Of a stretch of 64,000 bases of DNA, positions 13,970 to 25,662 are shown one piece after another. The DNA lies in the NCBI RefSeq assembly GCF_030028105.1, contig NC_092394.1, positions 35,694,752-35,758,751 on the forward strand, given 5' to 3'. Position numbers and translations under genes: made by a program. The notes under the pieces were generated by a model that made no database searches, was not told the DNA's origin, and saw only the letters and a program-made list of their open reading frames with translations. Origin of the DNA: Mobula birostris (taxonomy: Eukaryota). Numbering within the stretch: position 1 is the stretch's first letter; each line of letters opens with the position of its first letter.

Positions 13970-14350
13970 AGGTTGGCAGTCACAGAAAGTCCTTCTTTTG
14001 CAGCAATCTTTCCATCTGAGGGCATGTGAACAGACCTCACAGAGCTGATCATCTGCATGGCATTTTCTCTGCTGTGCAAAATTTATGTAATTGGAAGAGG
14101 TTTAGGAAGTGGGCTAATCAAGAAAAGGGGTGGGATTTAAAGATTGGGGTTCACGGGAGAAAACTGGTGCTGAAGGAGTTCTGGGGTAATGGGTTAAAGC
14201 ACGGTGGTTTAGTGAAAGTACAGTAAAGGAGTTGGACACGGCTATAGTGGCTCCACACAATGTGCTAGCACTTCACTCTGAGAAGACTGTTCACATGCCC
14301 TCAGATTGGAGCGGTGTGCCCAAGGAGGGACTCACTTTCACTGTCAACAC
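13970..14350. repeat. Foldback / MITE-like element with long imperfect inverted repeats
   Basis: ATCTGAGGGCATGTGAACAGACCTCACAGAG (14014-14044) matches the reverse complement of 14276-14306 at 28/31; similarity extends about 45 bp further outward. Confidence 0.75.
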
Positions 14351-14487
14351 AATTTATGAGGAAAAATCATCGCCACATCTTATCCACAGTACTGAGTGAC
14401 TGAAATAAAATTGACAAATTTTTACAAAATATTTTGTTTATTTTCCCCCCACAAACTCTATTAAAGCAAATTTGATTCCATATCTCA

Positions 14488-14712
14488 AACAAGAGAAAAT
14501 CTGCAGATTGTAAAAATCGAAGCAAAACATGCAAAATGCTGGAGGAACTCAGCAGGCCAAGCAGCATCTATGGAAAAGAGAACACTTGACATTTCAGGCC
14601 GAAACTCTTCCTCCAGTTCTGATGAAAGATTCGGCCCAAAACGTCAACTGTTTACTCTTTTCCATAGATACTGCCTAGCTGCTGAGATCCTCCAGCATTT
14701 TGTGTGTTGCTT
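14488..14712. mobile_element. Palindromic Penelope-derived element (two inverted pseudo-LTR ends)
   Basis: Arms GCAAAATGCTGGAGGAACTCAGC...TATGGAAAAGAG and CTCTTTTCCATAGA...GCTGAGATCCTCCAGCATTTTG are inverted copies and match the ends of the Penelope copies at 21.6 and 37.3 kb. Confidence 0.8.
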
Positions 14713-17700
14713 TGAATCTCACTCTTTTGAGTAGTACTTGTTTTATTTTACCCAAAGATAGGTAACAGGTCCTTCCAGCCCAGCAAGCCTGCACTGCCCA
14801 ATTAATCGACTAACTTGTACATCTTTGGAATGGGGGAGAAAATGGGAGCACTCATTGGCCACAAGGAGAACATACAAACTCTTTACAGATAGAGGCAAAA
14901 TTGATTGAAACCAGTTCACTAGCGCTGTAATAGTGTTACACTGCTACATTATTGTGCGAGTTTATCGATATAGAAGCTTCAAATAATCATTGACATTTTT
15001 TGTTCAGTTTTCAAGACGTGGGAGTCACTGGCAAGGCCATCATTTAGTTCCCCTCCTCTACTGTTTTTGACCACAGCTTTAAGCCATTTTAACAGTTCTA
15101 CAGTTGATAGTGTTACCACAGTTCTATTTGTAAGGATGGATCAACAGAAATGATGGTGTGCTGTCTTCTTCAACTGCTGCAGTCCTCTGTTATAAGTACT
15201 TCCACAATGTTGTAAACATCAATCCCTACTGTTACAAAAGTCAGAAATGGATGACTTGCATATTTACTTATTACAACATGGAAGGAACCCATGCAGCCCA
15301 TCAGACCTATGCCTCCTCCCAGTCCCATTCTCCCCCTTCCTTATTTTCCCACAGCCTACAACATTCTCTCTTATGTGCAGCAACTTCTCTTTTGCCTCTT
15401 TAGGGGCAATTTACAGTAGCTAATTAACCTACCAGCACTCTTTGAGATGTGGGCAGTCAATGGAGTAGCTGGTGCCACTCAGTCACAGGCTGAACAAAGC
15501 CCAAATCAAACTATGGCCCCTGGAGCTCTGAGGAAGCAGCACTAACTGTTGCAGCACCCTTGAATATATTGACTGAGCCGTAATGAGTTGGATTGGATTT
15601 GCCCTGATTTTTGTTAATAAGATTAAGAAGATGCCAGGGTACTAGAACAGCTTGATTAGAATTGTAGCTACTTCTGGAGGACAAGGCTTCATTAATACAG
15701 CTGGGATGTTATCTGGCACCAAAGCCTTTGCTGGCTCTCAGCCATTTCTGACTTGTGATCTCAGAAAGAGGCCAGGTTTTCACCTGGCTGAAAATAATTG
15801 TGAATACTTCAGTCTAGTCTTTATCACTTATGTTAGGACCCACCATCATTAGGATGGGGATGCCTCCAAAAACTTTGTTCTACCAACAGTATAATTTTTA
15901 TTTTAGGAACTTCATACTTAACACTTACATTTTGTTTGATTTTTGGAAGGACTATAGAAGAATAAAAAGGTTAAAAGCAGAAAATATTCCTTAAACCAAG
16001 GGTGCACAACTTTTGAATTCATAGAATGAAAATAGTCATTTTTTAGACCAACACTGGCAAGTTTACAACTCCTTTAAAATAGACAGAAAGCAAAATCAGA
16101 ATTAATTATGTTTAGAAAAATCAATTGAGAACACCTAAGTACAAAATAATAGGAATAAATCACTGACGGGATTAGTTAATATATTAAAATAATCAAACAG
16201 GTATATTCATTAAACAACGTTGGCGTACAATAGTTAATGAAGTAATAAAAAAGATGAGTGATTTTATCCATTAAGTGATTAAATGAATTCTTCTCTTTCA
16301 ATAGTGTGTTGTCATTCCAGACAAGTTTAATTGAGCTGGATGGTTAATGACACATGGACCTGGATAAAAGTTCTGTCCTGCGCAAAATGCTCTGAGAGCT
16401 ATTAAATATACACAAAACTCTTAAGACAGATGTCATGCATCTTAAAATCCTCAAGGAATTATATTTCTTCAATGTTCCACAAATCCTGGAGAAATATCTG
16501 AAGATTATGAAATAAATGTGGTTTCAATATTCCAAACAACAGCATGCTGTGCAGCCTATAAACACAGCCAAATATATAAAGGACGAAATATGCTCTGTCT
16601 GGGCATAAGACAATCATTCAGTTTGCTCTGGGACTATTACTGCAATGACTAGATATTGCAGTAAAAACAACTGGGGAACCCAAATATCACTGGCAATGTT
16701 ACTAAAGATTAATCAGGTAACATCATCCAGGAAATCCATATCTACACTTCAACAAGGAACTCGAAATTTAGCATTGAGATGCCCTGTTCTTCCAAAACCT
16801 TCATTCTAGCAGAAACTTATTAAGATACTAAACATGTAATATCACACAACATATCATTGATTTTACAGGTACCAGTAAACACACTGGTGAAAGCTAGGGA
16901 TTATCCATTTCAGTTCAAGTGAACTTTCAGAGGGCAATCTTAATTACTGTCAAGTCACTGCACTAGAACCAAAAATTAACTACTGCAAGCAAGAGACTTC
17001 ATTCTTCAGATTTTAGTTACTGATAAACATAAAAACAATAACACTTTATTTGTCATTTGTCCTATTTCAGTCCCATTTTTCCATTAATTAGTTTGTCTTG
17101 TGCATGTTATTAGACACTGCATGAATAATTCTAGCTGACAGTCCATATCTCAGTGAGGAAACTGTAATGTGATTAGATTAAGGAGACATATACAGCTTGG
17201 AGTGGGCAAAAATTACAACCTCCTCACTGATGTCCATGAACTGTAAACAAAATGAAAAGAAAATCATTTTCCCTTTTCACACAGTTCTTGGATGCTGTGA
17301 AAATGACAGCACACTCGATGTTAATCTGCTGAGAGCCTTCAACTAGAAGCAAAACATCGTAGCATGTGTCATAATTGTTATAAAACAATAGACATATTGT
17401 TGCATGCTGTTCACAGTTGCCTTTTTTAAACCTATATCATTTCAGCTCCATTACCTTAGATAATGTTTATTAATCAGTCCTAATATTCTTGCTGATAAGC
17501 TTCTCTTCTTGCATCAAGAACTAAAAAACTTTTCAGAAGTTTGTGCTTTGTTCAATAGTTACTGACAAATTTAACCTCCCAAAGTGCTGATCGTGAATGC
17601 ACTGATGCATTCGATCAGAAAACATTTGCTTAAAACAGGATTTTCTAACCTGGGGTTAATGGTAGGGGTGCATTGCATAAAAAAAAGGTTGGGAACCCCT

Positions 17701-17724
17701 GTTTAAAAGATTCAGTAAGGCTGA

Positions 17725-18055
17725 CAGGGGTGGCACAGTCCCTCACAGTTCCAGAGATCCAGATTCAATCATGACCACTGGTGCTGCCTGTGGAGTTTGT
17801 ATGCTCTCCCCACGTCTGTGTGGATTCCCTTCTCCACCCCAACCCCCCACTCCCTACCAGGTGCACCCATTTCCTTCCACGCCCCAAAGACATAAAAATG
17901 CCCCTTAACATAGGTAACTGGCAAATAAATCAAAGGGGATCTGATAATCATGTGAGAGAGAGAAAAAGTTGCAGGGAACTAGGAAGGCAAAATGAAGACC
18001 GGTATCTGTTGGGAGCCGACGTGAATTCCGCAGATAAATGGACTTGTGTGAAGTA
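17725..18055 (+). mobile_element. tRNA-derived SINE (V-SINE/HE1-like)
   Basis: GGTGGCACAG...GATTCAATC...TGTGGAGTTTGTATGCTCTCCCC...TTCCTTCCAC central domain. Confidence 0.65.
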
Positions 18056-18984
18056 ATAGTTAGATAAATATCAATGATATCTATTATGCAATTAAAAAAC
18101 AATTAACATACCAGTGAATAGTTATACTAGTCAACCTATACTTGACAAAGTAAACAAAAATTTTTACCTGGGAATTTCCATGTAATGGACAATATAAGTG
18201 CGGGGTCTGAGCTTACATAGGCAGCTACTCTCTAATATTGGTTTTAAAATTTTATTTCTGCTCGTAATATCAGGACCACTGATTTAAATAAGTCAAAATC
18301 AATCCTATTCATGTTTATTTTTTTAAATATATACAATTATTTTCATCATGCATAGATGCTTAATTTATATTCTTGCTGAGTTCATTGCAGGTACTAGCTG
18401 AAACTGACAAGCATGCTCTCATTTATAAACTTCTTGAACGTACAAGAAAAATAAGAGAATAAATGAATTTCAAGAGGCATTTGCATAAATTATACTTATA
18501 CATTAATGAATGTTCATTAATGAGCGAATTATTGGTATCGGAAAGACAAGAGAGAAAAAAATAGGGCATTATGAAATTACTTTATCTTTTCACAAACTGT
18601 ACAGGTTTTATAACAATCCTCGCAGTTCATTCAATTCCTCAGGAAATTTGCTTGGATGATTTCAGCAACTGGATCTTAACAGTACATTCAAATTAATTAT
18701 CATAAACATTACTTTACCTGTGAGGTATTAATGTCACTATTTCCCCAGCTGCTTTCAATAAAAGTCAGCAAAGCAAAACAAAACATTTAAATGGTCATCT
18801 TCAGCTTCAAGGAAACACAGCAGAGGAGAGCTGAGTTCAAGAATAGGCATGATAGATCTATATAGACAACGGCAAGGGTTTCCTTTTGTCCATAGACTCC
18901 AAACAGCATTTCAATATTTCTCTAGGATAGAACTCAAAGTTCAGACAGACAAAAAGAACAGCTTTACTCAACCCTGGAACATCT

Positions 18985-20225
18985 GGAAAGCAAAGATGCA
19001 TACATCAGGATGCTCCTTATCAACTACAGCTCCACATTCAATACCTCATCCCTTTAAAACTAATCAACAAGCTTCAGGACTGTGGCCTCAATAACTCCTT
19101 GTGGAACTTGGGTCCTCAAATTCCTCACTTGCAGACCCCAGTCAGTTTGGATTGGCAACATCTCCTCCATAGTCTCCATCCCAGCAGATGCACAAGGTTG
19201 TGTGCTTATCCCCCGTTCTACTCTCTTTACACTTATGATTGCATGGGTAAGTACAGCTCCAATGCCATACTCAAGTTTGCTGATGGCACCAGTGTCACAG
19301 GCCGAATCAAAGGGGGTGATGAATCAGCATATAGAAGGCATATTGAATGTCTGGTGCCATAACAACAAACTCTTAATGTCAGCAAGACCAAAGAACTGAT
19401 TATTGACTTCCGAAGGAGGAAACCAAATGTCAATGAGCCAGTCCTCATTGGAGGATCAGAGTGGAGAGGAACAGTAACTTATATTCCTCAGTGTCATTAT
19501 TTCAGAGGGCCAGTCCTAGGCTCGGCATGTACGTGCAAATACGAAGAAAGCACAGTGGTACCACTGCTTCCTTAGGAGTTTGCTTAGTTTCAGCACGATA
19601 CCTAAAACTTTGACAAATTTCGATAGATGTGCGGTGGAGAGTATGATGACTTGCTGCATCACAGTCTGGTATGGAAACACCAATGCCCTAGAACTGAAAA
19701 TCCCACAAAAGTATTTGATATGGCCCCCCCAACCATTGAGCACACCTACAGAAAGTGTTGTCGCAGGAAAGTAGCATCCATCATCGGGGTCCCCTGGCAC
19801 TCAGGTCATGCTCTCTTCTCACTGCTGCCCTCACGAAGAAGGGACAGGAGCCTCAGGATTCCCACAACCTGGTTCACAAACAGCTATTTCCACTTAACCA
19901 TCAGAGTCTTGAACTAGAGGGGATAACTTCCCTCAACTTCACTTGCCCCATCATTGATATGTTCGCACAACCTACTTTCAGGGACTCTTCATCTCATGTT
20001 CAGGATACTTATGGCGTATTATTATTATTTATTTCTTTTTGTATTTGCAAAGTTTTTTGTCATTTGCACACTAGTTGAAAGCCCAATTTAGTGTGGTGTT
20101 TCATTGATTCCATTGGGGATATTATCCTATTACGGAGTTATTAATTATGCCCTCCAGAAAATGAATCTCAGGGTTGTACATGGTGACATATATGTACTTC
20201 GGTAATAAAGATACTTTGAACTTTG
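18985..20225 (+). mobile_element. Degraded Rex1-type LINE 3' half
   Basis: YSLYTYDC, KFADGT and TLTNFDRCAVES remnants; tail AATAAA...CTTTGAACTTTGA. Confidence 0.82.
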
Positions 20226-20486
20226 AAGGCCATAAGATAATAAACAAGACTGACGATAGCTGTCAACTTATTTGGAATTCAAATGACAGAAAATAAAAGT
20301 TCCATTTCAAAGATGATATTTCACTACTGAGAAAATAATAAAAATAAAGCTGATCTATACTTTGTGCTGAAAAAAAAAATTAAGTCTTGAACCTTAGTAT
20401 AGTTCTGTACCAGAAATCTTGATCGATTGATGTCAATCTTTGTTCACTGGTGCACTAACCTATCACCATGATTAATGGAGTCATAC

Positions 20487-20606
20487 CTTTGTTTGCTTCC
20501 TGTTGTTCATTATTGTGCCCAGGTCCTCTACATCAATGACGGAAGCAGCTTCTGTGGCATCTTCCACCCCAGATTCTTCTTCACTTGTTGTCTCAAACAA
20601 TTCTTC
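20487..20606 (-). CDS. TYW1: TYW1 coding exon 7 (acidic linker)
   Basis: ctag|EELFETTSEEESGVEDATEAASVIDVEDLGTIMNNRKQTK|gtatga; 120 bp, with the conserved (I/V)DVEDLG motif. Confidence 0.93.
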
Positions 20607-20955
20607 CTAGAGAACGTGCAAATAAAAACATGGGAAAATAACAAATCAAGATAAAAACTTATCACCATTAATTCCTTTGATTTTTCAGGTACACAAACGT
20701 CCTTCTGGGAGGAAATCTGCCATTGCTATCCAATCTACCCTTTGTATGACTCCAGAAATACAATAACATAGTTGATTCTTACAGTCCTCAGAGATGCCCT
20801 TCCGAGTCACTGAGTTGTACTATAACTACTATCTTAGAGCAAAAGAATAATAAAACTTTATAGCATATCTGGTATAACCTAGGCAACAAATTCTGATGTA
20901 GACAAGCCACTGACAACCCAGCGGATCGTTGCAAAATGCTCCTCAAAAACACTGA

Positions 20956-21540
20956 ATGTATGTTAAATCAAAACGGGAGAAAGAAGCCAACATAAAATTG
21001 ACAGAAGCTGATTGTTTAAACATACGCAGAACACATTCGACTACTTCAAGCTCAGATCTGTGGAGGGAATTCACCTGGAAGAATACCTTAAGATTTTTCA
21101 TAACGCTAAAAATAAAGAAGTTACAAAGTAACAGACCTGAACAAGGTCAATGTTGGAGAATGTGTGATAATATGTTGGCTGATCACTTTCATATTTTCTG
21201 GGAGTGTCCGAAGATTTTGTCTTATTGGTTAGATGTGGTAACAGAGGTAAGATTAATAATCAACCCAGAGATTAATTTTGATTTAAACATTATTTATTTG
21301 AGTAATGTACCAAATGGATATTTGTTACAATTGTTGCAAAGATACTTGTTACAAATACTACTAGCAGCCAGTAAGAAAGCAATTACCAGGAAATGGCTAA
21401 GCAAAGAGTCTCCTACAGTCCTGGAATGGATAGAAATAGTTCAAATTTATGTTATGGAATGATTGACTTTCTCTCTGAGACATGGCACTAAAAAATTTGA
21501 AAGATACTGGGAAAATTGGACATTTTATTTGAACATGACT
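20956..21540 (+). mobile_element. L1/Tx1-type LINE ORF2 C-terminal fragment
   Basis: CWRMC...DHFHIFWECPKI zinc-finger-like motif and ASKKAITRKW...PTVLEW. The presumed 3' UTR resumes at 22263-22345 and 23095-23296, ending AATAAAGTTT-A8. Confidence 0.8.
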
Positions 21541-21548
21541 TCTTCACT

Positions 21549-22263
21549 CAACACAACAAACAACAGGAATTCTGCAGATGCTGGAAATTCAAGCAACACA
21601 CATCAAAGTTGCTGGTGAACGCAGCAGGCCAGGCAGCATCTCTAGGAAGAGGTGCAGTTGACGTTTCAGGCCGAGACCCTTCGTCAGGACTAACCGAAGG
21701 AAGAGTGAGTAAGAGATTTGAAAGTTGGAGGGGGAGGGGGAGATCCAAAATGATAGGAGAAGACAGGAGGGGGAGGGATGGAGCCAAGAGCTGGACAGGT
21801 GATTGGCAAAAGGGATACGAGAGGATCATGGGACAGGAGGTCTGGGAAGAAAGACGGTGGGGGGGGGGACCCAGAGGATGGGCAAGGGGTATAGTCAGAG
21901 GGACAGAGGGAGAAAAAGGAGAGTGAGAGAAAGAATATGTGTATAAAAATAAGTAACAGATGGGGTATGAGGGGGAGGTGAGGCATTAGCGGAAGTTAGA
22001 GAAGTCGATGTTCATGCCATCAGGTTGGAGGCTACCCAAACGGAATATAAGGTGTTGTTCCTCCAACCTGAGTGTGGCTTCATCTTTACAGTAGAGGAGG
22101 CCATGGATAGACATGTCAGAATGGGAATGGGATGTGGAATTAAAATGTGTGGCCACTGGGAGATCCTGCTTTCTCTAGCGGACAGAGCGTAGGTGTTCAG
22201 CAAAGCGGTCTCCCAGTCTGCGTCGGGTCTCGCCAATATATAAAAGGCCACATCGGGAGCACC
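21549..22263 (-). mobile_element. Penelope-like element 3' part (GIY-YIG remnant + pseudo-LTR)
   Basis: The minus strand encodes LLYIGETRRRLGDRFAEHLRS...ATHFNSTSHSH...LRLEEQHLIFRLGSLQPDGMNIDFSNFR, followed by a pyrimidine-rich tract and a hammerhead motif. Confidence 0.88.
21656..21691 (-). ncRNA. Minimal type I hammerhead ribozyme motif
   Basis: AGUC-CUGACGA-AGG(GUCUCGG)CCU-GAAAC-GUC-AACU: intact core CUGANGA/GAAA/GUC, 3-bp stem II, palindromic loopless stem III (ACGU), and stem I with one C.A mismatch. Confidence 0.7.
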
Positions 22264-22347
22264 TTCATTTATTTCACTGTACATTTATTTGGTTTGAAGA
22301 ACTTTGTTTTATTTCTTCCTATGAGGGAACCTGCAGAATGGACTTTA

Positions 22348-23095
22348 AAGTCAGGTCAAGTCAAATCAAATTTATTTATTAAGTACATTTAAAAACAACC
22401 CATGTTGACCAAAGTGCTATATAAACCATAATAGGTAGCTAAAGTCACAAATACAAGAAACACAGATATAACCAACAAGGCACACCACTTATAGACACAA
22501 AATAAACACGAGCCTCGGCACAAGCCAAAAATCAGCCACATCAGTAAGATTCAAACGCTAGTGAATAAAGGTAAGTTTTGAGCCTGGACTTAAAAGAGTC
22601 AAGGGAGGGGGCAGATCTGATAGGGAGGGGAATGCTGTTCCAGAGTCTAGGGGCTAGAACAGCAAAGGCGCGGTCACCCCTGAACTTAAATTTAGATTGC
22701 AGGACAGCGAGCAGCCCCAAGTCAGCCAACTTGAGGGACCTGGAAGTAGAATAAGGGGTTAGAAGGTCTGCGATATAGGAGGGGGCCAGCCCATTTAGGG
22801 CTTTATAAACAAACAGGAGAACCTTAAAATCAATTCTAAACAGTATGGTAGCCAGTAGAGAGAGGCCAGGATAAAAGTAATATGGTCTCTCTTCTGGGCA
22901 CCTGCCAGGAGCCTGGCTGCGGCGTTCTGGACCAGTTGCAGACGGGACGAGGACGACTGACTAATCCCAGTATACAGGGAGCCGGGGTAGTCCAAGCGGG
23001 GGGATATAAGGGTGTGGATTACTTTCTCAAGATCTTTGAAAGAGAGAAATGACTTGATTTTGGCAATAGTACGAAGCTAGAAAAAACTGGCAAGG
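22348..23095 (-). mobile_element. L2 LINE 3' fragment
   Basis: RLQLVQNAAARLL...RDHIT.ILASLYWLP and GDRAFAVLAPRLWNSIP...FKSRLKTYLY; (TTGAC/TTTGA)n tail. Confidence 0.9.
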
Positions 23096-23628
23096 AGCTT
23101 AAGATTCCCCTAAGACTCTGAAGGACATTTATGGATATAAGAGTTTGGTTAACCTTGATACAGCAATGTATCCCATTTCTCTATTCATTTTTTCTATTAT
23201 GATATGGATTTTACTTCACCTATGATGACCCTGTCTGTCTGTTTGTTTTTATCCTGTTTGTTCTGTTATCGGCAAAACAATAAAGTTTAAAAAAAAGTGT
23301 CAAACTTGGGAAAATTGTACTACAGACTAGCAGAGCAGTAATGATATTTCCAGAATTATACCTCCCAGACAACATGCCTGTGTCCTTCATCACAGAGCAT
23401 GAAAACATCTTGCCCAGACACCAGAGGCAGCAGGACACTGGTAAAATAGTTATACCCGATCAAGCTGTTCCCACAACGTATCAAAGTCCAGAAGAGAGAT
23501 TTCTATGTGATTCAGTAAAAATATGAAAACACTATTTAATGAATCAAGTTGAATTCATCCTCTACTACACATAAGGTTACAGGTCAAAGTTGTAATGTGG
23601 TACTTGCTGTAATTTTGAACAAATTTAC

Positions 23629-23931
23629 CTCTCCACTACTGTGATCCTTTGTTTCTTCCGACAGTTCTTCATCCTGAAAGGATTTTTCTTTATGTTTCTT
23701 CTCTTTAGACTTGCAACTCCCTTTTTGGCAGGTACCATCACACTCTTTTTCGCCTCCTTTATCTCCTTTATGAAGTGTATGTAGTCTACTTAAGAACTTG
23801 GCTAGCCATCCACTGAAATCTGCTTCAATACTGCCATGTTTGCTCTTGACCACATTGCAATCACCCTCACCTCGAGTCATAATACGGCTGGCACTTAACA
23901 TCCACAGCCACATGTCAATGTTTTTACCAAC
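23629..23931 (-). CDS. TYW1: TYW1 coding exon 6
   Basis: cag|VGKNIDMWLWMLSASRIMTRGEGDCNVVKSKHGSIEADF...KDHSSGE|gtaaat; 303 bp. Confidence 0.95.
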
Positions 23932-24100
23932 CTGTAAAGAACGCATAAAGTATAACATTAAGAAACTTATTATTTTATTATTCTGGGTAGAATGCAGCAC
24001 ACAAAATACATGAGCAAAAAGACTAAAATGCAAGAGAGTAACCATGGAAAATGATTTACTGGCACAGGAATGCAGTAACAGGACCTCCAAAGGAAATATA

Positions 24101-24629
24101 CACTCAGTAGCCACTTTATTAGGTACAGCTGAACACCTGCTCATTAATGCAAATATTTAATCAGCCAATTATGTGGCAGCAACTCAATACATAAAAGCAT
24201 GCAGACTTTGTCTGAGTTGCTATTCAGACCAAACATTCGAATGGGGAAGTAATGTGATCCAAGTGACTGACTATTGGTGCCAGTTTGAGTATCTCAGAAA
24301 CTGTTGATCGCCTGGTATTTTCATGCAGAATTGTCTCTAGAGTGCACAGTGCAAACAAAAAACAAAACATTCAGTGAGCATCAGTTCTGTGGGGCAAAAA
24401 AAAACCTGTTAATGACAGAGGTCAAAGGAGAAAGGACAGACTGGTTCAAGCTGACAGGAAGGTGACAGTAACTCAAATAACCATGTGTTATAACTGTGGT
24501 GTGCACAAGAGTATCTCTGAGCACACAACACATCGAGCGGATGGGCTACAGAAGCAGAAGCCGGTGAACGTACACTGAGTGGCCACTTTATTGCATACAG
24601 CAGGTACCTAATAAAGTGGCTACCAAGTG
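24101..24629. mobile_element. Non-autonomous Tc1/mariner element
   Basis: TIRs CACTCAGTAGCCACTTTATTAGGTAC / GTACCTAATAAAGTGGCTACCAAGTG flanked by TA on both sides; extra internal TIR copy near 24573. Confidence 0.85.
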
Positions 24630-25662
24630 TATTCCTGTACAGCAGCATCGGTCAATACCTGACTACGCAATAGCGATAGGGGTCTCTGTAGTCAGGGTAC
24701 AGACTGGCGTTTCATTCGCTGTGAGCAAGAATCTAGGATTACGTGCTGCCTTCCCAATACCATGATAAAGGATGTCTCTGAGCAGGCACAAGGCATTCTG
24801 AGAATGAGCAGCCAGAGATCATGGGCCATATCTACTTGCTTATAACAACATAGGCAAGAAGAAAAGAGGTGCTGCAAAGAAGAGGTCACGTAGAAAGCTA
24901 AAGATTAGGACCCTCCAGGATTGCAATCCAAGGATTACTCCCTGTGTCTCAAAGTAGTGACAGTAGGACTAGGAGAATAAGGCAAATGGTTGTGTGGCTG
25001 CAGAAATACCAGAGACAGGATGCTTTAAACTAGTCTGGTAAAGATGTAGAATCCAAAGTGCCACTTTGATGAGATTATACCACAGGCCCTCAATAATTGC
25101 GGAGGAAAAGACTGAGAGTTAAAGATTTTGGTGAATAAAAGGTTAATATTGGCTTTTTGAATATGGAAACCAGTTTGCAGCTTAGTTTCTTAAAGATACG
25201 GCCTTGGCTTTTAGCAAACAACTATTAGAATAAATACTTGCAGTAGATTACCTTATTAGAATAAGCTTCTGTCTTTGTTAATACAGACTTGTACACAGGG
25301 CTGAGGTTTTTTTTTGAACTTTAGCTGTTGCTATGGGCATAGCTAATCCCAAACGAACTGCATGTGAACCTAACTTATCTTCTGTAATTCACAAGGGAAT
25401 CGAACAGACTTTGCAATTGATTTGTACATGTAATAAAAGGTGCTGTGCTCTCTGTATTAGTTAGAGATTGAAACCCACTGTTAGTAGTTCCAGTCCCCAC
25501 AACTTTGTGAATAAAGCTCTCTTTACTTCGGTCTGAAATGTCTGAGTGGTGTATTTGAGTAATTTCTCCAACAGTAAACAGAAATTAGAGGTGTATACAT
25601 GAGGGAAATCAAAGATAGCTGTAGGAACAAGAGGTGTAATAGATTATTTTAATTTTCTAAAT

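Noticed and set aside
17636-17701. Tiny hAT-like MITE (CAGG...AGGTTGGGAACCCCTG)
   Set aside because: The left TIR is degenerate and the 8-bp flanks do not match exactly; too weak and routine.
25225-25573. Possible second solo LTR (AATAAA, ends CCAACA)
   Set aside because: No matching TSD or clean TG start could be found, so it was not listed as a feature.
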